Assembly (NCBI GenBank): GCA_000091205.1
Contig: AP006486.2
Reading direction: 5' to 3' (one strand)
DNA: 64,000 nucleotides
Source of the DNA: Cyanidioschyzon merolae
Lineage: Eukaryota
Part shown: positions 34,010 to 46,867 of the stretch, one piece after another
Position numbering within the stretch: position 1 is the first letter of the stretch
Layout: each line of letters opens with the position of its first letter
Made by a program: the position numbers and the translations under genes
Notes under the pieces: generated by a model
What the model was told of the DNA's origin: nothing
The model's input: only the letters and a program-made list of their open reading frames with translations
Database searches by the model: none

Positions 34010-37000
34010 TATCCTTTCCGCTGTCATTCGCGTGTGTATTTGTGTCTTCTGCACAGTCATTGCGCCACTTGATGGATCCACTTAGGGCGCAGAGACGCTA
34101 AATTGCTCACAGTGCTCGCGAATGATGTACTGGCAGCAGCTGTGCGGGGCACAAGACGCCGCAGGTGTTCATCCTACTCATTAGGTGACTGGAGGCACCT
34201 TTACTGCTTGTTCGGCGGATGTTGCTGGGCGATTCCTACTGGTTAGTAGCACCTCACCTTATTCGCTACGAGATGCAGATCAAAAATTGCCCAGATCAGT
34301 GAGTATGCTTCTCTAAATTGCCCCTAGAACGTTGTTCGATTGCAGCGGCATCGCTTCGAGTGCAACACACGTTTGCCCCTGTGTTCGTTGGCGACGTTTG
34401 TGTCTCTCGATCAGCACTGGTATTGAGAGTGAGTGAATGCATTGGTACCATTCAGGATGCATCCATGGCGAGCGATACTCAACCTGAAGGGCGCGTGTAG
34501 ATGAACGAATATGCTGCATTTTTGTGTATGGAGTCGCGTACGTTCTCCCATTGGTAGTCACAGGTCAGATGGTGGCCCGTAAGTGCCTTAATGGATGGAA
34601 TGTGCATCGGATTTGGTTTTAGAGTTGACGCCCAAACGCATGTGGCGAATTCGTTCTATCTCTCTGTGCTGATCGCGGAGCAGCGCATCCAGCGTCACAA
34701 CAAGCGCCTACGGCAAGCTCGGCACCTAAAGAGTCGTTAGTCTTGCAGGCTGCGCGCTGCCAGTGATCGTATTTGCCGCGCTTTGCATGGCTCAGTTGAA
34801 GCACCACCTGCTCACGGCACGAGTGAGCGCAAGCGTGTCACCCGATCAGCTTCTGGAGATTGGTAGGCATAGGAGGCGCCGACGGGTCCTGCTCTGCATA
34901 TGCAGGTTACCTTAGCCCGAGCGATGACCACTTACGAGACGCCGTCATGTGTGCGGAGGATCGTTCGCAAAGCGGTTGCCTTCCAAAGCATGCGCATTTG
35001 TTTGTGGTACGCTATTTGGCAACAACATGCTGCGCCCATGTTCGGCACCGATCTGCGGCAGCGATGCACTCGAGTCCCAAAATCCCATGGATGCTCGCTG
35101 CGGTCAAAGTCGTATCGACCGCACGTCCAGGGGCCTCTTGTACATAAGTGAATATTCGCCCTCGGATTGCAGCACAAGCATTCGGTGTGATCGAACTGAG
35201 GGCCATTTCATGACATCTGTCCAGAACCAAACCTGAGAGCGAGTTTGCGCCTGATCATCCCGCATTCGCAATCAACGGGAATGCGAGCGTCTGCGTTTCG
35301 TTCCGAACTCGCCTTTGTATTCCATTTTGATGATCGCCGCTGCGACGCACAGAGCTTCAGGAGCTACAAGGACCTGAGCCTTGGTCCTCGTTGGCCCGAT
35401 ATGATAACACTGCGATGCGTTGCGTAATCCATTTGTACTGGGTGCTCGCAAGGCATCGCAGCCGGATGCCTGGAGGCCGTGCGTCTCGTGCACCTGACCG
35501 AATCCCGCGCCGAGTTGGCCACGGAGGCATCTGCAGCATTGCTTCCCGAATCACACCTGCTAATATTCATCGGATAAATCGTGCTCCGTACGAGACGCTC
35601 TCTCCTTGCCCGTGTTTCTCCACGCGCACAACCCGAGGAATGCGATGCTGGTGAACGGTTCCCACCGGGAACTCGTATACGGAGACGAGTTTCGCGAGTC
35701 AGTCAGGGCAACTGCTGTTGACGAACCTTAAGTTTGCCGCGGTGGCCCTTGTGTTCTCAACATCTGCATCGACACCAGCATGCAACATGTCCACGACGAT
35801 CGCACATCGTTCCAGCGCGATGCAGCAACATAGGAAAAGCGCCCAAGTTCTAACCGTCGCTTTAGATTAAGAACGAACGCTGAACTGCTCGCACTATCCC
35901 AGATTTTTGATTTATGGCCTTATTCTTTTAAATATACGTTCTCTGCGTTCCAAATGTAGTGATGAGGGCTACGGTACTCAAACGTCGATTTACGCGTCTC
36001 GAGCATGCTTACGGATCGGCACCTTTGACATTTTGCGCCAAGAATCTGTGACGAAACTGGAATCAAGATGATTCGCGATGTCGTCGAGCCAGGGTCCGTA
36101 AAACAGCCGGTATCTTTATCCGATTCAGAAGCAGAACCCTACACTCTTCTCCATTCCACGTATTTGGCATGCTCTTATCGCGTATCCTCCAAGTTTTCGA
36201 TCGTTCTGTTTCAAGTCAACTCGTGCGCGGAAATTCGCGCCCCTCGGCTTGTTACGGGAAAATACTCAGCGTCGTTCCTTGACGAATCCCTCCCAAGCTT
36301 ATGCCAAATCTTCACTAAATTTGTCACGTCTAGTCAGCGACGCAGCTCGATGGACGAATTTGTCTCTCATTGTGGCCATGGACGAGCCAGCATACCAGAG
36401 TAGCACCACGACGGCTCTCACGGGAGATGCTCACAGAGGCTCCGATCTCTTCTATTCGCACGGAAAAAGGTTTTGGAATCGAACTGTAGGATTCGTATCG
36501 ATCACTCGCCATTGGGGCATGCGTCACCGCTTGGATCAAACGGAGCATTGACGATTCGAAGCTTCTCGTCTTGATGTCCAGTATGGGTCTCCTACTCGTG
36601 CTACTTTCATCATAGAGAACATTGCGTTCCTGAAATCATCCGCCGAACGGAATGCGCAGTGCACGCACGTGCGACGCAGCGCGTACTTGCCGATGAGATT
36701 GCTCACAACAATTCCGTGATCGGACAGTACAGACCGGACGCGGACACGCACCCAGCCATCCATAGGAGAGTTTGAGACACGTCAAGGCCGTGTACCGTGC
36801 GGTGAAGAATGCCTCCAGGCACCAGAGGACGTCCCTCAAAACAGAAGTTTGTACCGCCGATTTGACGACACTCGAGCACATGCAGGTGTCACTGCGACGA
36901 GCGGCACACCGAGCCTGTGCACAAAGCACACATCAATTGAAAAACAAAGTCTAGATCGCAACTTCCGTCTATCCATGCTGGGCAACAGTAGCAGCTGGAA

Positions 37001-37672
37001 GCAGCGTCATGGGGCTCTGCACCCTGCTGTTACCACCCTTCGGCTGCTGATTAAGGTTTCTGGCAGAACGGAAAGACTGGAGCACTCAAAGTCCGAGATG
37101 TGAGAGTGAGGTGAAGGAACCATTCGCAGAGAAAACCCACATAGGCTGCTGTCCAAGAAACTGGTACGAGACTCAAACTTGGGCATGCTTTCCCGAAGAA
37201 AGTGCATCGACGATTGGCCTCCCGGGGGAATGCGCTGAGGCGTGCGGCGCGCACGCATCAGCGCCCTCGTGACGCGCATCCGTGCGCAACACCGCGCCAA
37301 CGCCCGCCATTCGTTCGGCGCACTGCCTCTGCGCAGCAGCAGCGGCGATGAGCAGCAGCAGCAGCAGCAGCTCCAGGAACAGATTAGGCCTCTAGAGCGC
37401 TTGCGCTGCGTTTCGTTGATTCGCGTGTGGCGGGTCTTACGAGCCGGTCGTATTGTTCTCCTTGCCTGGTAGTATATTCTAGGTAGGCAAGGCTGTGATC
37501 TTTCGTTTGAGACCTATCAAAGGAACAGATCGGTGATACGAAGAGAAGAGAAAGCACCAGCGGTACGATCACAGTTGATCGCTAGCACCGACTTTACCAG
37601 CGTGACAGATATTTGCGGGGTGGGTACGAAAACGGACGCCACACGAGCAACGTGGACGGATCAATCACTAGC

Positions 37673-40408
37673 ATGCCATTCGAACGGAAACATCGCACAG
37701 CATCATTTCAGGATCTGGCGGTGGGCGTTGTCTCACCGCCGGAAATGCGGCCGCAGCCGCTGGCTGTGAGTGGATCCACTACTCCCGTCGGAGTCGAGAG
37801 TCTGAGCAAAGTCTTGGGAACGATCGAGCTGAGTCCGGAGGAGGAGGAACGTCGCCGGCAGCTGCTCTGGTCGCTTATGTCATCGTACCTGGCACGCGAC
37901 GTTTCATCCATTCAGAAGTACATCGTGAACCATCTGGAGTATTCACTGGCGCGGACCAGGTACAACTTCGATCGCTCTGGTGCGTACTACGCGACGGCGC
38001 TTTCCGTGAGGGATCGCCTGATCGAAGCATGGAATGATACACAGCAGTATTTTACGGAGAAAGATTGTCGTCGCATGTACTACTTATCTTTGGAGTTTCT
38101 CATGGGTCGTTTCCTTGACAATGCGCTGATCAACCTGGGACTTCGAGAGCAGTACAGGGAGGCGCTCATCGAGCTTGGCTTTGACCTGGACGAGGTGGAA
38201 GCCGAGGAGCGAGAGCCAGGACTCGGTAACGGTGGCCTCGGAAGGCTCGCCGCCTGTTTCCTTGACTCGGTGGCAACGCTAAACTACCCAGGCTGGGGCT
38301 ACGGTATTCGTTATCGCTACGGCATGTTCGAGCAGCGGATCAAGAACGGGTATCAAATTGAGTTGCCAGACTTTTGGTTGACGCGCGGTAATCCCTTCGA
38401 GATTGAGCGCCTCGATGTGACCTATCCCGTGTATTTTGGAGGCAGCGTGAGTCAGTTCACTGACAATAAGGGAAACTTGCGCTTCAAATGGGAGCCAGCC
38501 GAGGCCGTGTTGGCGGTGGCATTCGATGTTCCTGTGCCCGGGTATGATACATACAATTGCATCAATCTGCGCTTGTGGGACAGTAAGCCTGCGCGTGAGT
38601 TCGATCTTAGCTCTTTCAACGTTGGCGACTATTATAAGATTCTTGAAATGCGGCAGACGAGTGAGACGCTCTCCGCCGTCCTGTACCCGAACGATAGCAC
38701 TGAAGCAGGCAAGGAGCTGCGCCTCAAGCAACAGTATTTCTTCGTTTCGGCGACGCTGCAGGACATCATTCGGAGGTTCCTGAAGAAGGACCGACCACTC
38801 ACGCAACTTGCCGAAAAAGTGTGCATTCAGCTGAACGACACGCATCCGACGATCGGGATTGTTGAAATGATGCGCCTTCTCCTGGACGAGTACGCATTGG
38901 GCTGGACGGATGCGTGGAAAACCGTCAAAGCGGTGTTCTCGTACACGAATCACACGGTGCTGCCGGAGGCCTTGGAAAAGTGGCCTGTGCCACTCATGGA
39001 ACGGCTCTTGCCTCGCCACATGCAGCTCATCTTCGAAATCAACTTTCGTCATCTCCAGGAGTATGCTCGTCTAAGCAACAACGATGGCCATCTGTTGGAG
39101 CGAGTGAGCATCATCGAGGAGGGTTTTCCAAAAATGGTGCGCATGGCCCAGCTGGCCGTCGTTGGCTCACATACTGTCAATGGTGTCGCGGAAATACACT
39201 CGGAACTCGTGCGAACCCGTCTCTTCCCTGATTTTAACCGCTTCGAGCCGAAAAAGTTTGTGAACATCACAAACGGTGTGACCCCTCGACGCTGGATACT
39301 GGAAGCAAATCCCGCCTTGAGTGCGGTGTTTTCCCGCTGGACGGAGAGCGATGAATGGATTTTGGATTTGAACCAGATCCGCCAGTTGGAACAGTACGCC
39401 GAGAACCCTGACCTGCAACGGGAATTTTTCGAAGCCAAAAAGGAAAATAAGCGGCGTCTCGCTGAATACATTCGAGAAAAGAATGGCGTCCACGTGGATG
39501 TGAATGCCCTCTTCGACATCCAGGTCAAGCGAATTCACGAGTACAAGCGCCAGTTGTTGAATATTCTCGGTGTGATTGCGCGCTACAATTTGATCAAGTC
39601 GGGCAAGCGTGATCTCGTGCCGCGGGTCTTCATCTTCGGAGGCAAAGCAGCGGCTGGTTACGCACAAGCCAAGCGCATCATTCGTCTCATTAATGGTGTA
39701 GCAGACGTGGTCAACAATGATCCAGATGTTGGCGACCTCCTGAAAGTTGTATTTCTCGAAAACTACAGCGTGTCTCTTGCCGAGATCATCATTCCGGCGA
39801 GCGACATTAGCGAGCATATATCGACTGCCGGCATGGAGGCGTCAGGAACGAGCAACATGAAGTTTGTGATGAACGGCGGTCTCATCATCGGCACTATGGA
39901 CGGAGCGAACATTGAAATCCGAGAAGAAATCGGGCCGGAGAACATCTTTATTTTCGGTCTGTTGGCTCAAGAAGTTGACCAGGCGCGCAATGAACTCAAG
40001 TACCATGGCTGGAAATGTACCGATGGGCGCTTCCAGAACGCACTGGGTCAGCTCAGTCGCGGTATGTACTGCGGTCAAGACACTTTTCAGGAAATTGTAC
40101 GAGCCCTCGATCCAGCCAACGACTACTACCTGATCAGTCGCGACTTTACCTCGTATATGGAAGCCCAGGATCGCGTCGACGCTGCCTATAGGGACCAGCG
40201 CTCGTGGCTGGCTAAGTGTATTGTGAGCACGGCTCGCATGGGTAAGTTCAGTTCTGATCGCAGTATCCATGAGTACGCGGAGCGCATTTGGCGCATTGAG
40301 CCATGTGCCTATACACCGTCCAGCATCACATACAAGGAACCAGTTGAGGGTGTCTCAGAGCCCACCGCAGACGGTACAGCGCCGAAGACGACGCTCCGAG
40401 GAACGTAA
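37673..40408 (+). CDS. Alpha-glucan (glycogen/starch) phosphorylase, GT35
   Basis: The ATG is at 37673 (the ORF track start at 37613 is TTG). It is about 910 aa with full-length similarity to glycogen phosphorylases, including the pyridoxal-phosphate lysine motif EASGTSNMKFVMNGGLIIGTMDGANIEI plus LNDTHP and GKAAAGY. It stops at TAA. Confidence 0.9.
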   Translation: MPFERKHRTASFQDLAVGVVSPPEMRPQPLAVSGSTTPVGVESLSKVLGTIELSPEEEERRRQLLWSLMSSYLARDVSSIQKYIVNHLEYSLARTRYNFDRSGAYYATALSVRDRLIEAWNDTQQYFTEKDCRRMYYLSLEFLMGRFLDNALINLGLREQYREALIELGFDLDEVEAEEREPGLGNGGLGRLAACFLDSVATLNYPGWGYGIRYRYGMFEQRIKNGYQIELPDFWLTRGNPFEIERLDVTYPVYFGGSVSQFTDNKGNLRFKWEPAEAVLAVAFDVPVPGYDTYNCINLRLWDSKPAREFDLSSFNVGDYYKILEMRQTSETLSAVLYPNDSTEAGKELRLKQQYFFVSATLQDIIRRFLKKDRPLTQLAEKVCIQLNDTHPTIGIVEMMRLLLDEYALGWTDAWKTVKAVFSYTNHTVLPEALEKWPVPLMERLLPRHMQLIFEINFRHLQEYARLSNNDGHLLERVSIIEEGFPKMVRMAQLAVVGSHTVNGVAEIHSELVRTRLFPDFNRFEPKKFVNITNGVTPRRWILEANPALSAVFSRWTESDEWILDLNQIRQLEQYAENPDLQREFFEAKKENKRRLAEYIREKNGVHVDVNALFDIQVKRIHEYKRQLLNILGVIARYNLIKSGKRDLVPRVFIFGGKAAAGYAQAKRIIRLINGVADVVNNDPDVGDLLKVVFLENYSVSLAEIIIPASDISEHISTAGMEASGTSNMKFVMNGGLIIGTMDGANIEIREEIGPENIFIFGLLAQEVDQARNELKYHGWKCTDGRFQNALGQLSRGMYCGQDTFQEIVRALDPANDYYLISRDFTSYMEAQDRVDAAYRDQRSWLAKCIVSTARMGKFSSDRSIHEYAERIWRIEPCAYTPSSITYKEPVEGVSEPTADGTAPKTTLRGT

Positions 40409-40440
40409 ACATCAAGTCCCGAGGGTGACGCGGAAACCGC

Positions 40441-40809
40441 TCAGCGACCAAGCGACTCGAGCTCGCCACCTCGTCGCGTGGTCTCGTCGATGACCTCCTT
40501 CATCGCTACCAAGTAGTTCACGCGACGCAACTTGCGCAGATCTTTTCTCAGAAGAAACCTCAGGTCACTCACATCGGGGTACTTTCGGCCACGCGTGTTC
40601 GCAACTTCAACACAGCGCTGCACGACAGCGGTGAGGTACGTCCGCAACAAGTCCTCGACAAGCTCAGCCGTATCACGCCGCGGCTGCCGCGCATCCCCGA
40701 AACCGTACAGCATCTGGCGAATTTCATTCTGGAATAAGCGCTTCGAAGCGTCTTCTTCGGGGTCGTTCGCGAAAAAAGCATCCCAGTCGTTTCCATCGCT
40801 GGACTGCAT
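40441..40809 (-). CDS. TAF13: TFIID subunit TAF13 (histone-fold)
   Basis: The ATG is at 40807-40809 (the track start is GTG). KRLFQNEIRQMLYGFGDARQP....LVEDLLRTYLTAVV........RGRKYPDVSDLRFLLRKDLRKLRRVNYLVAMKEV matches TAF13 (KRLFSKELRCMMYGFGDDQNPYTESVDILEDLVIEFITEM.....GRQGRVQVEDIVFLIRKDPRKFARVKDLLTMNEEL). Confidence 0.7.
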   Translation of the reverse strand: MQSSDGNDWDAFFANDPEEDASKRLFQNEIRQMLYGFGDARQPRRDTAELVEDLLRTYLTAVVQRCVEVANTRGRKYPDVSDLRFLLRKDLRKLRRVNYLVAMKEVIDETTRRGGELESLGR

Positions 40810-41451
40810 CGCACTCGCCGACTCGGTTCCTAGCACGAGGCCGCTGCCTAGACAACGCGACGTACGCAGATACTGTAAGCAATAATAGTGCTGATGCTGC
40901 CACTAACGAACCTCGAGCGCGTGTCAGGGCGCATACACGTCGTTAACGTACCGCGGTGGCAGGCACGGCGAGCTTGGCGTATGCGCGATACGTAAATACA
41001 TGCTGCGTTGGATAGCGACTCTGCTGCCGCATGGCGACGCTTTCATCAGATGCGGCGCTGCTGGGAAGAAGGCCGTATCCGGTGCATCTGGATGGTAGTT
41101 TTGTATAATAATAGGCTTAAATGTCGTTGCGTTCAAAGGATGTGCAATCTTTCTGGAAGAAATGGAATATATGGGACAAAAAAGTACGGAAGGAAAAGCA
41201 TCTTTAGGTCCATATATGAATAGATTGGACACTGCATTTCCTGGGTCCAATAACGCCATCGAACAAAATGGATATATCGGACAAAACATGTACGGAACGT
41301 GAAGCACCGTTCCCTACGTCATCAACACTAGACCTCGTGTTCTCTCGCCGATGCTCCGGAGCTATATGTACGGGATCGGGCGTGCGCCTGCGCGTTCCTC
41401 TTCTGGACAGGGCAGCATCTCGGTAGCAACTACTGCAGTGACTCACGCGTG

Positions 41452-42243
41452 ATGGTGTTTGTTGCACCTGTTCTACGACACGTGAGCAAGCACCGGGCAA
41501 GGAGCAAGCGACTGGTGCGCGCAAGCGTCAGCACGACGGAATGGTACGTGCCGGCGACACTGGCCCCCAGGGTGTCGGTGAATAACACCCAGAATCTTCG
41601 CAACTGGAGCGCGCCAGTGCGAACCGTTCGCGTCCCTGTGGCTACGGTAGGCGTTGGTTCCGTTGAACAGCACCAAAAGCACCTCGGACACCGCATAGCG
41701 TTTTGGCTTCGGCGCGAGACCCGTCTGCCGGACTGGGCTACCTTGATGTTGGTGTCAGCGCTTCCTGTTGTTGAGCTACGCGGTGGCGTGCCGGTAGGGC
41801 TCTGGCTCGGTTTGTCGCCGGCCGAGACTTTTCTCTTCTGCGTTATCGGCAACATGCTTCCAATACCGTTTCTAGTTTTTGGTCTTCGACACGAGCGGAT
41901 GCGTCGCCTCGCGCGCCCCCTGTTGGACTCTGTGGCGCGGCGCCTGCCGAGTCATGCGAATACCCCGTCGAGTCAGGCGCTGGCCCTGGCCTTGTTTGTT
42001 GGCGTACCATTGCCGGGCACTGGAGCGTGGTCTGGCGCTATTGCCGCGTTCCTTCTGCAAATGGACATCTGGCTTGCGCTGGTCTCCATCGCGGCGGGCG
42101 TCGCGATCGCTGGCTGCATCATGATTGCACTCGTTCTAATGGGACGCATCGGTGGACTCATTGTCGCGTTTGCGCTTTTAGGAGTTGGTGCTAGTGCGCT
42201 GTGGCGCATGCTGAAACCACCGTCGTCGGCGGAAAACTCGTGA
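41452..42243 (+). CDS. Multi-pass membrane protein, possibly of the 'putative small multidrug export' (Sm_multidrug_ex-like) family, with an N-terminal extension
   Basis: The ATG is at 41452 (the track start is GTG). The core ALPVVELRGGVPVGLWLGLSPAETFLFCVIGNMLPIPFLVFGL resembles the ELRGAIP.G...GL.P.......GN.LP.PF motif of that DUF. Several further hydrophobic helices follow. The family call is tentative. Confidence 0.4.
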   Translation: MVFVAPVLRHVSKHRARSKRLVRASVSTTEWYVPATLAPRVSVNNTQNLRNWSAPVRTVRVPVATVGVGSVEQHQKHLGHRIAFWLRRETRLPDWATLMLVSALPVVELRGGVPVGLWLGLSPAETFLFCVIGNMLPIPFLVFGLRHERMRRLARPLLDSVARRLPSHANTPSSQALALALFVGVPLPGTGAWSGAIAAFLLQMDIWLALVSIAAGVAIAGCIMIALVLMGRIGGLIVAFALLGVGASALWRMLKPPSSAENS

Positions 42244-45200
42244 CATCAACGCCGCCGCATCTGAGTGGGTAAGGTCAGCAAGCTGCGTCCGCCTTTTGGC
42301 TGTTGGATCGCACCCAGTGGCATCATGGAGCTGTTCGGGACGATATTTTGCTCTGATGCCAAGGGAGCACTCCTGGACACCGTGTGCGACTAGACAGTGG
42401 TGTCTGTACCGTCCGAGCGCGGAGCTTGTTTGCACCGACGTCTTAGACGGTGGTGTGCGAAAACGGTGATGTGGTGGTGGACGGCTTCTTGCGTCGTATA
42501 GCGGTACCGCCACTGACCCATTTACAAATATTCCAGCGGAAACGCAGGCCGATACAAAGTCAAGTATCGGAGCTCGGCTCGCTGCGTACGCATTACATTG
42601 TGCAAGCCTGGAGCGTCATGGTGGCTGTTCTCGCGCTTGCTCTGCGTTACGTCCGTGGACATTCCCAATCGGGGCACTGGAGCTGCAAATGCAACTTTGC
42701 AAGAATCCTTTTCGGTTTTGGGAGGCGATGGCGGGCGCTAACACGAGCATCTGGGGCCGAAAAAGTGCTTTTTAAGCATTTATCTACCAGCATCAGGGAC
42801 ACAAAGTGCACGCGACCTTATGAGCACACACCCCCGGATGGCGATAGAGAGAGAGCATTGAACGCCAGTCGGCACGGTACTCTGCGACCTGTACGCTGTG
42901 GGCGTTACGAACGATCCCCGGTTCCTGGGCGATTCGACGCCCCGTGACTGGTGGTATGGGCGTCCAAGGCTGGCCTTGGCGGATCCGTTAGCCTCCGCCC
43001 TGTGCCTGGAACCTGCTGCCGTCGTAGTGCTGTTGCGCGATGCGTCTTGGGGCACGAGTACTCCAGAGGCGAGCGGTCTCCGTTCTGTCACGTGTGCGGC
43101 CAGCTGTGCATCGTTCGTTACGTGGAGAAGCTGCATTCAGAAGTGCAAGGAATCTTCTGAGGCGTGCAGCTCGATTCATAAGATTTAGGTGTCCACGGGG
43201 GATATGCATAGTGGAACTGTGAGCCACGGGCTGTCAGCTCCAAGCGTACGGCGTTGAGCACGGGCCCACAAGCGACGCGGCCATCTGTTTGATCTGATAT
43301 GCACTCCTGAGTCGTCTGATCTTTTGAAGTCCAAGCAAAGTCGACGCATCTACAGGGAATCTGACGCACGGACCTGAAATGCGGTCAATTTTGATGCAAC
43401 CGAAGATTCTGGCTGGATGCGTTGGTGCTACAGCGTTAGAAATACCGATGTGGTGCCTTGGTTCGCGATTCTAGGTTGCTTGCCTCGCAAGCAGGCATCG
43501 AGAGCACAGCGGTAGCCTTGTTCACGGTATGTAACTGCTCTAGAATGCGAAGCGAGCGCAACTGCTGGCTGTTCACCGTAAGCAAACCAAATGATGTTCC
43601 GTGGATCCATAGCAGAGCGTCTGCCCGAGCAGGCAGCGTGACATCATTGCGATCTGGATGTAACATGCTGGAGAACGATCCCTGAAGTCCCAAGGAGCGC
43701 TGGCCTCGACCTGGCTGCTGCCCAGATTGCTGGAATGCCGCGGTCTGCATGCCGCTTCTGCTTCTATATCAAACTTAAAAACGATCAGGTCATCCTGGCT
43801 TGCTCGAGTGTATACGCTAACGAGTGGACCTCATCCCATTGTCATCAACAACAGCTTTTGAGATGTTTTTCAGCGACTTGTTCCTTTCCCTCTCTGTTTT
43901 CTTCGGATTTGAATACGTCGGACTCTCTTGTCAATCCAGCTTCAATTTTAGCGGGCGAAGTATGTTCACACTAGCATTACCAGCTTGATTTCACTGTTCC
44001 TGGCTGTTGTCTAATCGTTTCATGCGCAGACGCAGATTGCGATGATCGCTTCGCTTGGCGCTTGCACCTTCTCTGGGCGTATTCTCGATGCGCCCCTCAC
44101 AGCAGTGACACTTAACTGTCGTAAGATATTCCCCAATGTCCAGCACACGTCCTCCACCGAGGGCCATTCAGTGGCTCGCAAATGTATTTCTCTTCGCTTG
44201 GTACATGCCCTTGGCGAGCACAGAGGGCTCGCCTGGATGCGATCCTTCGGTTTCGATTCAAGAGCTGCACCCTGCGATCACTCGTTTCTGCAGTGCGGTA
44301 CCGTCGGCGACTAGGTTGCCCGCTGCACCTGCAAACGCACAAGGGCCCATTCGATGCAAGCACTGTGGAATGTGATGTTGTCCGTGAAGGAACGACGCTC
44401 AGAATGAAAATCCATGGTGGAATAGGTATTGAGAAGAGTCGATCGGTTTATGCGCCCGAAATGCAAAAAGTTAGTGCACACTTTAGAAGAAATTATTGTT
44501 GCAGCTGTGCAAGTCCGAGTACAAGGCACTTCTACATACAAGCAAAAGAGACCGGATCTTCTGCATGCATAGATTTCGAGGGGTATCATGCTGCCGTGGA
44601 ATGCCGTTCAGTGGATGCCCACAAAGAAAGAAAGATTTGTGCCTCGAGCTTGAACGGTTATAACAACGTTGCATGTGCAGAGAACATGCGACGTGAGCGT
44701 TCCATGTTGTCGATAGCCGACGTCGAGATTAATTCCCGTCAATTCAGGGCCCTGTATTGCTGCACCCACGAGATGCCTTGATACGCATAGATCGAAAAGC
44801 GTGCAGAGTGTCTGATTTTAGATTGCTGTATGAAACGAAGGGGGAAGCGTGGAGGCTCTTTCGTTTCCGCTAAAAAATGATATGGATGATATCCTTCATG
44901 AGACCTCGATCAAGGGCGTTGCGAATCATCTTGATCCCGGTGCAGAAACGAATTTCAGCGGCAAAGCGTCGACCTAGTCACTCCGAAAAACGACCAAGAA
45001 TCCTAAAAATATGCGTACATTAGTTATCGTTTCTTACTGCATTCAAATGTCGAGAGTGTTCACTTATAAAGTGTTCGGAAAAATCGAATGCAAGGATAAA
45101 AGCGAGCGGTTTACTGTCCCATGAAAAAATATGACGGAAATGTCGCCAGCCTTGCAGTTCTCCACGCTAGAGAGGGCCCGTGCCTTACTTGGCAACCAAG

Positions 45201-46024
45201 TCGAGCGCGAAGCACGCTTGGCTACCTCCATTCCTGTCCTCGAGAAACGCAACCAGAGTTGCACTGCGGCGTTCGGAAGAATCCGAATGACGGCCGCCTC
45301 CAGATTCGTCACCCGCCACAATGGCATCGCTGGGGGCGCTGCATCGCCTCCTTGAGCGTCACCCGGCGGCTTGCACGCTCGGACCTGGAAGAAATCGCTT
45401 CAAGCGTTACGGTCTGCTGGTTGGTGCTCGGCTGTTCTGTGGTCCAGAGAATACCGCAAATCCCAGGTCGTTGAAGGCAATTACTGGCCCGGTCACGTGT
45501 CAGTGGGAACCGGTTCGATGTCTGCGCGCTTTGCTGCAGGCGATCTTTACACCAGGCGACGCCGAAAACATCGTCCTCGGTAAGCACTATCAAGCAGACT
45601 CTCGCTGCCTCATGAAACTCGCTGTCCAAGAGGCATGCAACAATCAGAAGCGTATAATTGTGTGTCCCCAAGCAGAAGCAGGCAGACTGACAATTACCAG
45701 CCACCTCGTTTCGCGCTTTGCTGGGGATGTGCTCGCAACAAAGCACTGCTACCCCAGCGCCGCCGGGCTCCGGAAGCTCCACAGAGTTGTCTCCAATCGA
45801 CATGGTGAATGTTCACCACTGTGCAACGGAGGACACGATAAGCGCAGCCTTGCGCCAATTCATCGTTGGTGTCTTGATGGAAGATGGCGTGTGAAATGCT
45901 GGTGGCATATCGAGAATGAGATCCAGGCCGCATTGCCCAGCGGTATCCGCACGCACTGCCTAGAGAAAAGGCTGCACAAAGAATCGCGTTCACGCGCCTT
46001 ATTCTTGGCCGGATGGAGAGCATG

Positions 46025-46867
46025 TTAGAAGCAGATCATCACAGCAATGGACTCGAGAAAGAGCAACGTTGCCACAGACAAGCACGCCATTCCCTGTACA
46101 GCAAGATACGGATTCAAACTAGGACGGATAAATGCGTACTGGCATCCTGGTACGTTTCTACCAACTGGTCCACACAGAGGCGGAGCGGTCCCATCGCTAG
46201 CTCGATAGAACCCGCTGCACTGATAAATGTGCTGGAACAGACACCGGAGTTCCGGTCTCGTATCCCGCCAAGCAGCAAGCTCAGCTGACTCATCGCCTGC
46301 AGCATACACGATGCATAGCGCCGCCAGTAGCGCTAGCAGAACTGCGCAGAGCAGCGAGACTGTTCGGTAGAGAATACGCCAAGCATACTGTCTCGGAACA
46401 AGCGCACTTACGATCGCAAGCAGCAGCGTCAAGCTCCCGAGAACCACGTACACAACTCCTTGTCCCAGGAACGCCCGGTATAGTCCGTTCCAGGCCAGTC
46501 GATTGACGAGTGCGTCCCCACTCTGCACCTGATTGTAGATGCCGAGACCAAGCACGGCTCCGGATGCAAGCGCCAAGTACGCGAGGAAGGCCGCCCGGTG
46601 CGCCGAAAAGCGTCGTCGACTGTTGTGCTTTCTCGGAGTCGTTACCGCAACACTTGCTCTTTGTTGTGGTTGTTCTCCCTCCTGGGAAGCAGCGTTACTT
46701 TGTAAACCAAGGAGACCTTCCAAGTCGGCAAACCCGTGCGGGTCTCCATCAAGAGGCGGTGCAGAGGCAGCCTCGAGCTTCATGGGAGACCTGCGCAAAG
46801 TCCCCGAATCGACTCGATTGAAGATAAAATTGGCGCTGAACGTTTCTTTTCTGTTCCAGCGATGCAT
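46025..46867 (-). CDS. Four-TM tetraspanin-like membrane protein with a Cys-rich large loop (no CCG motif)
   Basis: The first ATG is at 46865-46867 (the track start is TTG). It has four hydrophobic segments in a 1-3 / 4 arrangement, with cysteines in the second loop (CLFQHIYQCSGFY...CGPVGRNVPGC). The canonical CCG is absent, so the family is uncertain. Confidence 0.35.
   Translation of the reverse strand: MHRWNRKETFSANFIFNRVDSGTLRRSPMKLEAASAPPLDGDPHGFADLEGLLGLQSNAASQEGEQPQQRASVAVTTPRKHNSRRRFSAHRAAFLAYLALASGAVLGLGIYNQVQSGDALVNRLAWNGLYRAFLGQGVVYVVLGSLTLLLAIVSALVPRQYAWRILYRTVSLLCAVLLALLAALCIVYAAGDESAELAAWRDTRPELRCLFQHIYQCSGFYRASDGTAPPLCGPVGRNVPGCQYAFIRPSLNPYLAVQGMACLSVATLLFLESIAVMICF

Noticed and set aside
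38279-39817. Long antisense ORFs inside the glycogen phosphorylase gene (38279-39052 minus, 39167-39817 minus) and similar ones inside 8731-10995 and 26187-27728
   Set aside because: They are shadow ORFs on the opposite strand of GC-rich coding sequence. They have no similarity and overlap a strongly supported gene.
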